Below are positions 46,100 through 53,893 of a stretch of DNA of 64,000 bases, piece by piece. A program made the position numbers and the translations under genes. Each line of letters opens with the position of its first letter. The stretch's first letter is position 1. The stretch is from Candidatus Undinarchaeales archaeon (GTDB lineage Archaea; SpSt-1190; JASMDC01), in assembly GCA_030753015.1 (NCBI GenBank), contig JASMDC010000001.1, forward strand, positions 96,001 to 160,000. The letters run 5' to 3'. The notes below the pieces were generated by a model that saw nothing but the letters and a program-made list of their open reading frames with translations, had not been told where the DNA came from and made no database searches.

Positions 46100-46423
46100 C
46101 TACTCTTTCCCTTTGGGGCTTGTGCTCTCATAGAGATTGAGCTGTGAGGTATTACGGGCGATAGTGTGCAGCTCATCAAGCATACGCTCCTGGCTCTGCT
46201 CGAAGATGTATAGGTGCGAGGCGATCCCCAGAGTGATCGCAGCGAGCACCGTGATGTAGAACACCAATGAGAGAGCGAAGGAGTTAACCTGAAGGCTCGT
46301 CTCCAGATTTCCCGAATCGTCGGACATGGGTGCGATGAAACCGGATCCGATTACGAAGGATACAATAAGTATCGCAGAGATGGCGATACTGTATAACTTG
46401 GACATGAGGATTTTGTCGCCCAT
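46100..46423 (-). CDS. Two-TM small membrane protein, paralogue C
   Basis: SKLYSIAISAIL..FYITVLAAITLGIAS..YIFEQSQERML. Confidence 0.8.
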   Translation of the reverse strand: MGDKILMSKLYSIAISAILIVSFVIGSGFIAPMSDDSGNLETSLQVNSFALSLVFYITVLAAITLGIASHLYIFEQSQERMLDELHTIARNTSQLNLYESTSPKGKE

Positions 46424-46479
46424 GGCGATCACACCACGGACGACGACCTCTAAGCTTTATATCGCTTGCGCCGAAGAAG

Positions 46480-46779
46480 TTACTTCTTCTCGACCGGACC
46501 CTTGTGCATCTCGGCCATCTTGTCGAACTTGGCCAGAATCTTGCTCTGGGCCTCCTCGATCTCATAGATCATAGCTGCGATCCCGAGGGTCACGGCAGAA
46601 AGGATCGTGATGTAGAAGAGCAGGGCCGCGATGAACTCGTTGGTTTGAAGGACGGCAAGATACTGGCTCGGATCGAAGACATTCATGGGTAGGATCGTCG
46701 CTCCGATGATCATGACGACCAGGATGATACCTGCGACTCCCTGACAGTAGAGCGTTGACGTGCGCTTTTTTTCGTCCAT
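46480..46779 (-). CDS. Two-TM small membrane protein, paralogue B
   Basis: STLYCQGVAGII..FYITILSAVTLGIAAMIYEIEEAQSKIL. Confidence 0.8.
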   Translation of the reverse strand: MDEKKRTSTLYCQGVAGIILVVMIIGATILPMNVFDPSQYLAVLQTNEFIAALLFYITILSAVTLGIAAMIYEIEEAQSKILAKFDKMAEMHKGPVEKK

Positions 46780-46948
46780 GGGTACTCACTTGGATCCGGA
46801 TAAACCCCTACGTTTTAAAAACCTACCATCGACCACCGAGGGATTTAGCTGCCGGGAGGAGTCGATAGAATGAGTAGGCAGCGCCCACGACGTTTTGCGT
46901 CGTGGGCTACGGCCTAGATTTTTCGGTGCGTTCCCAGCAGGGACGCGA

Positions 46949-47293
46949 TTACTTCTTGTCCTTCTTCTCCGGCTTGGCCGGGGGGGTTGTCTTCTCCACG
47001 ATCTCGTCGAGCTTGGACAGGATGCGGTGCTGGGCATCGATGATCCTGTCCTGTGTCAGCTCGAACTCGTATATCATAGACGCGAGCCCGAGCGTCACGG
47101 CGGCGAGGATCGTGATATAGAAGATCAGCCCCGTGATGAAGGCATTGGTCTCCAGAACGGCCAAGAACTCAGCCGGCTCGAACACACCCATGGGTACGTA
47201 CACGGACCCGATGAGGAAAGCCAGCAGGAGGATTCCGGAAATGGCCAGACTGTAGACCTTGGACATACGCATTCGGTCTTCCATAGATGCCAC
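46949..47293 (-). CDS. Two-TM small membrane protein, paralogue A
   Basis: SKVYSLAISGIL..FYITILAAVTLGLASMIYEFELTQDRII. Confidence 0.8.
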   Translation of the reverse strand: MASMEDRMRMSKVYSLAISGILLLAFLIGSVYVPMGVFEPAEFLAVLETNAFITGLIFYITILAAVTLGLASMIYEFELTQDRIIDAQHRILSKLDEIVEKTTPPAKPEKKDKK

Positions 47294-47375
47294 CTTTGTA
47301 AAGGAACAACTGTAGTTAATGGTTTAAAAAGCTACTTCTCTCGCGTTTCAACAATGTGGGCCGGCTCCGTAGGTC

Positions 47376-49223
47376 CTATTCCACCGTGACGCTCTTCGCC
47401 AGGTTCCGGGGCTGGTCGACATCGCAGCCTCTCCGTACAGCGATATAATAGGAGAGCAGCTGGAGTGGAATCACCGCGAGGATGGGAAAGAGGAGGGGGG
47501 AGGTCGACGGCACGGGTATGACGGCATCCACGCCATTCGGGAGGTCCTCTAGGCCGTCGGGTACGACAGCGATAACCTTGCCTTCACGTGCCAGAACCTC
47601 CTGCATGTTGCTCAGGACCTTACTCCGAAGAGGATCTCGCTCGAGGGGGACAACAACAACGACGGGCATCTCATCTGTGATCAGTGCTATCGGGCCGTGC
47701 TTCATCTCGCCAGCGGGGTACCCCTCGGCGTGTATGTAAGATATCTCCTTTAACTTCAGCGCCCCTTCAAGAGCGATGGGATAATTGATGCCGCGGCCGA
47801 GGTAGAGGAAGTCCTCCACGCCCTCGTACCGGTGCGCGAGCGTCGTGTAGATGTCCGTCCTCTCGAGCACATCGCTGATGCGGCGGGGGAGCTCTTCCAG
47901 CTCCCTAATGAGCACGGCGAGCCTGTCCTGTGAGAGTTTCCCCTTGATACTGCCTAAATATAGAGTGAGCAGGTAGAGCGCGGCGATCTGGGACGTGAAC
48001 GCCTTGGTGGACGCGACCCCGATCTCGGGACCCGCGTGGGTGTAGACAATCCCATGTGTCGCTTTTCGCGTCGCCATGCTCCCGATAACGTTGCAGATGG
48101 TGACGATCTTCCCGCCCTCCTCAGCTGCTGCGTCCATGGCAGCGAGCGTGTCGGCTGTCTCGCCTGACTGGGTGATGGCGACGACCAGGGTCCGCTCGTT
48201 CACCACATGGTCACGATAACGGAACTCTGAGGCGTAATCGACCTCCACGGGGATGTGGACCAGGGACTCGATGAGGAACTTCCCGACGGTGCCCGCATGC
48301 CAGGAGGTCCCGCAAGCGAGGATGAGCACCCGCTCGATCGCCTTCGCTTCCTTCTCCGAGAGGGTGACATCCTCTAGATAAACGCCGGGAGGTTCGTGCT
48401 CCACGCGGCCACCGATAGTGTCTATGACGGCTCTTGGTTGTTCGAAGATCTCCTTGAGCATGAAATGCTTGTAATCTCCCTTGGCGGCCATGAGAGGATC
48501 CCAGGACACAGTCTTGATATCCGCTTCCACGGGCTCACCCTGTAGGTCGGTCACCTGCACCTCATCGGCCGAGAGCACGGCCATCTGTCGGTTCGCTAGG
48601 AAGATGAGGCGGCGGGTGTGCTCGAGGATGCCGATGGCGTCGGATGCCAGGAAGACCTCGTTCTTACCGAGGCCCACCACGATACCACCTGCAGAGCCAT
48701 AGCGAGCAGACACGATCCGCCCCGGCTCCTTTGAGGAGATGACAGCTATGGCATAGGCACCCTCCACGTGGGTGAGCGCAGCGCGTACCGCTTCGTCCAG
48801 GGGACAGTCGGCATGGTAGCGCTCGATGAGGTGTGCTATGATCTCGGTATCGGTCTCGGAATCGAAGGTGTGCCCCTCGGCCACAAGCTCGTGACGGAGG
48901 GCAAGGTAGTTCTCGATGATACCGTTATGTACGACGACCAGGCCGCCCGTACAATCGGTGTGGGGGTGGGCGTTGATCTCGGTAGGCTTGCCATGGGTGG
49001 CCCAGCGCGTATGGCCGATGGCCATGGTGCCGGGAAGGGGACACTCCTTGAGCTTCTCCTTAAGGTTATCTAGCTTGCCCACGCTCCGGCAGAGTGCCAG
49101 CCCGCGTTCACCGACGACGGCCACGCCCGCAGAGTCGTACCCGCGATAGGCGAGCTTGTCGAGCCCTCCCAAAACCAGGGGCACGGCCTGACGTGGTCCG
49201 ATGTAGCCGATGATGCCGCACAT
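47376..49223 (-). CDS. glmS: Glutamine-fructose-6-phosphate transaminase (isomerizing)
   Basis: MCGIIG, YRGYDSAG, GHTRWATHG, HNGIIEN, TQSGETADT, VASTKAF, EGALKLKEISY, PRNLAKSVTVE. Confidence 0.97.
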   Translation of the reverse strand: MCGIIGYIGPRQAVPLVLGGLDKLAYRGYDSAGVAVVGERGLALCRSVGKLDNLKEKLKECPLPGTMAIGHTRWATHGKPTEINAHPHTDCTGGLVVVHNGIIENYLALRHELVAEGHTFDSETDTEIIAHLIERYHADCPLDEAVRAALTHVEGAYAIAVISSKEPGRIVSARYGSAGGIVVGLGKNEVFLASDAIGILEHTRRLIFLANRQMAVLSADEVQVTDLQGEPVEADIKTVSWDPLMAAKGDYKHFMLKEIFEQPRAVIDTIGGRVEHEPPGVYLEDVTLSEKEAKAIERVLILACGTSWHAGTVGKFLIESLVHIPVEVDYASEFRYRDHVVNERTLVVAITQSGETADTLAAMDAAAEEGGKIVTICNVIGSMATRKATHGIVYTHAGPEIGVASTKAFTSQIAALYLLTLYLGSIKGKLSQDRLAVLIRELEELPRRISDVLERTDIYTTLAHRYEGVEDFLYLGRGINYPIALEGALKLKEISYIHAEGYPAGEMKHGPIALITDEMPVVVVVPLERDPLRSKVLSNMQEVLAREGKVIAVVPDGLEDLPNGVDAVIPVPSTSPLLFPILAVIPLQLLSYYIAVRRGCDVDQPRNLAKSVTVE

Positions 49224-49257
49224 GGGATATATCATCGATCGGGGATAGCTTAAAAAA

Positions 49258-50274
49258 CTACTCCGCCGGGGCGGCATCCCGTTCGCAGGGGATCCGGTCA
49301 CCAGCGATCCACTGAAGGGTTCCCACTGTAAGACCTGAGACGTGGATGAGCGGGAACGAGAACGCGTGCAGTAATGCCTCCACAGCGATGAGGGGTTTCG
49401 TGTATCGTAGGGCGAACGCGAGGAAGGGGAGGTTCCAGATGACGATGGCAGGGCCTACGAGAGCAAGAACCCCGGTAGGGATGGCACCGGTGGCGCTGAT
49501 AACTATCAAGAGAATGAAACATGTGAGCAGCACTACGTTCACGGGATGATAAAAGGCGTTGAAGGGTCGGAAGGAGCTACCCTGCTCATAATAATGTCGG
49601 AGGTACGCTTTAACCCAGCACCTGTCGATATGGTACCGGCTCCGCCAGAACCTCATAGGGGCCACTTCATCTATATTGCTCACGGGGAGGTCCTTTGCGA
49701 GCACGATTCGCAATCCACGGGAGAGCAGGGCCCACCCGAGCTCGATGTCCTCGACCGAGGCTCGTGAGAAGCACTCGTCGAAGCGATTGGCCTCGAACAC
49801 CTCCCGCCGCATGGCCATGGCCGATCCGACGAGCACGTTCGAGTCGACGGGGTGGTTCGAGAACCAGAAGCAATAGAGGAGGTTGACGAAGGTAGCGAAC
49901 TTGTGGTCGTACTTGGTCGTGGGATCATACGGGCAGAACACCGCCCCGATGGATGGATCGTTCACGCGCTCGGCAAGGGCGGAGATGGTCCCTTGTTTGA
50001 CCTGCATGTCGGCGTCCAGGAACACCACGACGTCGCCCGAGGATGCGGCAGCGCCGCGGTTCCGTGCGGTCGCGGGACCGCTGTTCCGCTCCAGGCGCAC
50101 GACGCGTACACCCAAGCCCTCGGCCAGATCGGCCGAGCTGTCGGTTGAGCCGTCGTCCACGACAATGACCTCCAGTACGTCATCGTCGGTGTCCGATCCG
50201 GTCAGTGCTTTGAGGCATGCTCCAAGGGTGACTGCCCCGTTGTAGACCGGGATGACGACAGAGATGGTGGCCAT
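49258..50274 (-). CDS. Glycosyltransferase family 2 with C-terminal TM helices
   Basis: SVVIPVYN, VVDDGSTD, GPATARNRG, FLDAD, EDIELG. Confidence 0.92.
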   Translation of the reverse strand: MATISVVIPVYNGAVTLGACLKALTGSDTDDDVLEVIVVDDGSTDSSADLAEGLGVRVVRLERNSGPATARNRGAAASSGDVVVFLDADMQVKQGTISALAERVNDPSIGAVFCPYDPTTKYDHKFATFVNLLYCFWFSNHPVDSNVLVGSAMAMRREVFEANRFDECFSRASVEDIELGWALLSRGLRIVLAKDLPVSNIDEVAPMRFWRSRYHIDRCWVKAYLRHYYEQGSSFRPFNAFYHPVNVVLLTCFILLIVISATGAIPTGVLALVGPAIVIWNLPFLAFALRYTKPLIAVEALLHAFSFPLIHVSGLTVGTLQWIAGDRIPCERDAAPAE

Positions 50275-50340
50275 GGAACCCTAGAGCACTTCCCGCCAAA
50301 CCATTTAAGCTTGCGCGTGCCCACTTAAGCTTCGTTGGGA

Positions 50341-52080
50341 ATGGATGTTCTGTGGTTCCAGACGGCAGCGCTCTCCCTTGGATGGGCGTTGGTGTGCCTC
50401 GCCCTAGTCGGTGCACGCCACCGGCTGCGTTGGCTCCACATTGAGGTATCCATCGCTACGTGGCGCACCGTGATCATGCTCACCATCCTCGCTCTGGCGG
50501 TCCGTGTGCTCGCGCCCGCCATAGCTCCCCCCTGGATGGTGGGTTGGACGAACATGGAGCAGGGGCGGGGCATCCTCCTTGACCACAGGACCGGCTACTG
50601 CCTGGACGGGATGCCTGGCTCATGTCGCGAGAGCTTCCCCTTCTACACCGCCGGCTATCCCTTCCTCATCGCGTTGTCTTTCTTCCTCTTTGGCATATCG
50701 GATCTTGCAGCGCTTGCGGTCACCGTGGCAACGTCCGTGCTCTCAGTCCCCCTCGCGTTCCTGTTCGTACATGCTCTCCTCCGCCGCGAGGGACCTGCGG
50801 TGCTCGCTGCACTGCTCGTGGCACTGATGCCCCTCAATGTTGCCTACTCCCTCATGGTGCGCAACGAGGTCCCCTCGGTAGCCGTGGAGCTCTTGGCCCT
50901 CTGGGCGTGTCTTGCCTGGATGCGCCGCGGGGGTCGGTGGACCGCTTTCCTGTGTGCCGCGTCCACTGCCCTGTACGTTCAGATGCGCCCCGAGAACCCG
51001 GCCATCCTCCTCGTCATGGCCGCCCTCGCTCTCGCTCGCAGCCGCCGACCGCCCCTTCCCGTGATGGCATTGGTCGTGGGGCTCGCCCTCGTGGTCCCCC
51101 ACATCGCGGCTCTTCCGTTACATCTCACGACCTATGAGCTGTGCGGGATGTGGTATGCCGATGGGCGCGGATTGTTACGCCACTTCTCACCTGACTTCAT
51201 AATCCGGAACGCAGGATACCTGGCCATCTGGATAAACGCCTGGTACCTGCCTCTCCTTGTCCCTGCACTGGCGCTCCTGGCGCTGGTCGCTCCCCGCCAT
51301 AAAGCGGCCATGACCATAGGTCTGTGGTTCATTGGTAGGCTGACGATCTACCTTCTCCATTCTTTCCCCTACGATCCGCGCTACACCATCAACGTGACCG
51401 TGCCCTTCACGGTCCTTGCAGCACTCGGGGCCCGTCATCTCGCCAGCGGGATCGATTCTGGCCGACGGTGGCTCGTTCCTGGCGTCCTTGCCCTCTCTCT
51501 CCTCGCCTACATCCCCTACGCCTACTCACCTGGATTCGGACAGGAGGGTATCGCCGATGGGCACAGGACAGTGTTCAGGACCGTCCACATTGTCATCATC
51601 CCCCTGGCACTGGCGGGCTTGGGATTCCTCTCGAGCGACCGGCGGGTTCGGGCCCTTGCCATCGTCGTCCTCGTGTATGCTGCTGTAGTGCTCCCCCAGC
51701 CAGATATCGCCGGGATCAGGACCGTGGGCGTCAACGCACAGGTGCGGGAGGCCATAGCTTTCGAGGAGGAGGTGGCCCGACTCATGGGCGATCGTGTCAG
51801 TGGATGCACGGTGGTGACCGAGCGACCCTTCGCAGTAACCCATATCTGGAACACACCTGTGATCTACCTGGAACGGGTGGAGGGGATCGTTTACCGAGTG
51901 GCGGCCGGAGAGTGTCTTTACTTGTACGAAACGCGTGAGTGCGCTGACGAATGGTGCCGCGCCTTACACGACAATCCCGACATCACGCTCGAGCCCTTGC
52001 AGAGCGATCTAGCGCCCCCTCCTGGTGTAGCTCACTGGCTCCAGAAGGTGACCGTCTACCGGATCCGTCCCTCTGTGTGA
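50341..52080 (+). CDS. GT-C (PMT-2/GT39-like) membrane glycosyltransferase
   Basis: ALAVRV, GYPFLI, ALLVALMPL..S..RNE, QMRPEN, DPRY; many TMs. Confidence 0.8.
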   Translation: MDVLWFQTAALSLGWALVCLALVGARHRLRWLHIEVSIATWRTVIMLTILALAVRVLAPAIAPPWMVGWTNMEQGRGILLDHRTGYCLDGMPGSCRESFPFYTAGYPFLIALSFFLFGISDLAALAVTVATSVLSVPLAFLFVHALLRREGPAVLAALLVALMPLNVAYSLMVRNEVPSVAVELLALWACLAWMRRGGRWTAFLCAASTALYVQMRPENPAILLVMAALALARSRRPPLPVMALVVGLALVVPHIAALPLHLTTYELCGMWYADGRGLLRHFSPDFIIRNAGYLAIWINAWYLPLLVPALALLALVAPRHKAAMTIGLWFIGRLTIYLLHSFPYDPRYTINVTVPFTVLAALGARHLASGIDSGRRWLVPGVLALSLLAYIPYAYSPGFGQEGIADGHRTVFRTVHIVIIPLALAGLGFLSSDRRVRALAIVVLVYAAVVLPQPDIAGIRTVGVNAQVREAIAFEEEVARLMGDRVSGCTVVTERPFAVTHIWNTPVIYLERVEGIVYRVAAGECLYLYETRECADEWCRALHDNPDITLEPLQSDLAPPPGVAHWLQKVTVYRIRPSV

Positions 52081-52084
52081 TGGG

Positions 52085-53893
52085 TTAGGAGCAGGGCTCC
52101 CGGCCGGACACCCTGACGAAGCGTTCGCCCACCTTCTCGACACCGAGCGGCTCTAGCACGACCTGGTGGGTGTTCTTGCCCGTTTTCACCTCGATGATGG
52201 TGGCGTTGGCCTCCACCTTGTACCCGGGGATGCGCTCTGCGTCGGCCGATGGGACAGCGAGAACGACGTATGGGCCAGGATTGATAGCAGATACTTCATA
52301 GTGGCCGTACTCGTTCGTTGTCGCGTGTCGCACCTCTCCTAGGTTACGGTCCAGGGGAGCGAAGAAGAGCTCCACGAACCGCGGCGGATTCCCGTCCACG
52401 AAACCGAGTGGCATGAGCTCCCTTTCCTCCACCCGGGCGGAGCCCTCGCACAGCACGCGACCCTGCTCGGATACAGTTCCCTCGATGGAGGAGAACATCT
52501 CCACCTCGACTTCCTTTGAGAACGAGCGCCCGATGTTCACACGCTCGGACCAGCGTGCCAGACCCGGCTCATCAGGGGTGATCACAAGGTCGTGGACCTT
52601 GCACTGTACCTGGTCCTTGGAGAATTCTCCTCCTTCGTACTGGTCGCAACAGGAGCCGATGCAGACCAATCCCGAGCTCGAGCCCTTTATCGAAAGGTCC
52701 ACGGAGCATGAGCCCTGACAGAGACCATCGACCTTTGCCGGTGCGCCCACCTCGGCCTCCGAGAGCTCGGCCGTGGGCTCGTCCCCTTTGAGGAAGACCC
52801 CGAGCTGGAACCAGAAGGATAAAGGCCGGGATTCCTGGCTCACCACATTGGAGGTTGGAGCGAGGTCCGTGACCGAGATCATTACGGGGAAGGTGACATT
52901 GTAGCGCACGAAGTAGAACGATGAGCAGGTCTTCTTCTCAACGGAGAAGGGGAGGAGGGGCCGCGGTATATAACGCACCTCCTTGGTGCTCTCGTACTCC
53001 TTCCGCCCCTCGTTGGCCAGGAGGGTGAAGTTCACGTCGCGGTCGTTGAGCACCGCGTTCCAGTGGATGTTCACGGCCTTCTTGGCCCGAACGCGGCGGA
53101 GCTCGCGGGCGACGGCGAGCTTCGCATTCTCGCGGAAGGGGTAGATGAGCTCGTTCCGATGCTTTGATGGCGGATTGTCACAATCGATGTTCTTGGCCGC
53201 TTCGCCACCGGGTGGTGTGGGGATGCGATAGTCCTGGATGAGCGATGTGAGCAATGCCTTCTCCACCATCCGCGTGCCCTTGTACTCCTCCACGTACACC
53301 TCGGCCTGGTCACGTAGCGTCTTGATGCGGAGGGGGAGCACGATTTGGAACTCCTCGTCGCTTGTTGCGTCGGATTCATCGGCTCCAAGGGCCTTCACCG
53401 CGAGCGCCATAGTGACCTTGACATCGTTATCGGTGAGATCGGCGGTCACCCGCGGCATCCCGATGTCCACTCCGGGCTTGGAACGGTGGTGCTCCAGGGC
53501 GTTGAGCATGCGGCGCTCGATGTCCCGGGCGAGCATCTCCTCCATGACCTCGACAGTGGGGACGTTGACCACGCGGCCCCGGTAGAACCAGTAGGGCACT
53601 GAGACATGGTTGAGCGCGGGCACGTTCCCTGGTGCGTAGCCGCCATGTGTGGCCATGTCCCAGACAGCGTCGTACACTGCCGTCCGAAGCCGTGCCTCCA
53701 CGGCGGTATGAAGGTTCTCCATGGTCTCTTTGAGCGAGATCGCATCGGTCTCCTTGATAGCGATCCGGTGCTCGACCTCTCGTCCCTTGAGCATGGAGAA
53801 CACGATGACGATGATGGCGATGGCCACGGCGATGAGCCCGATCATCGAGATCTGGCCCTTTCCAGTGGTCGGCACGCGACAGCGCATCAACAC
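52085..53893 (-). CDS. Large secreted protein with a class III (prepilin-like) signal peptide
   Basis: TGKG|QISMIGLIAVAIAIIVIVF; GGY..VPYW motif; C-terminal TTNEYGHYEV..PGPY carboxypeptidase-regulatory-like domain. Confidence 0.75.
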   Translation of the reverse strand: MLMRCRVPTTGKGQISMIGLIAVAIAIIVIVFSMLKGREVEHRIAIKETDAISLKETMENLHTAVEARLRTAVYDAVWDMATHGGYAPGNVPALNHVSVPYWFYRGRVVNVPTVEVMEEMLARDIERRMLNALEHHRSKPGVDIGMPRVTADLTDNDVKVTMALAVKALGADESDATSDEEFQIVLPLRIKTLRDQAEVYVEEYKGTRMVEKALLTSLIQDYRIPTPPGGEAAKNIDCDNPPSKHRNELIYPFRENAKLAVARELRRVRAKKAVNIHWNAVLNDRDVNFTLLANEGRKEYESTKEVRYIPRPLLPFSVEKKTCSSFYFVRYNVTFPVMISVTDLAPTSNVVSQESRPLSFWFQLGVFLKGDEPTAELSEAEVGAPAKVDGLCQGSCSVDLSIKGSSSGLVCIGSCCDQYEGGEFSKDQVQCKVHDLVITPDEPGLARWSERVNIGRSFSKEVEVEMFSSIEGTVSEQGRVLCEGSARVEERELMPLGFVDGNPPRFVELFFAPLDRNLGEVRHATTNEYGHYEVSAINPGPYVVLAVPSADAERIPGYKVEANATIIEVKTGKNTHQVVLEPLGVEKVGERFVRVSGREPCS

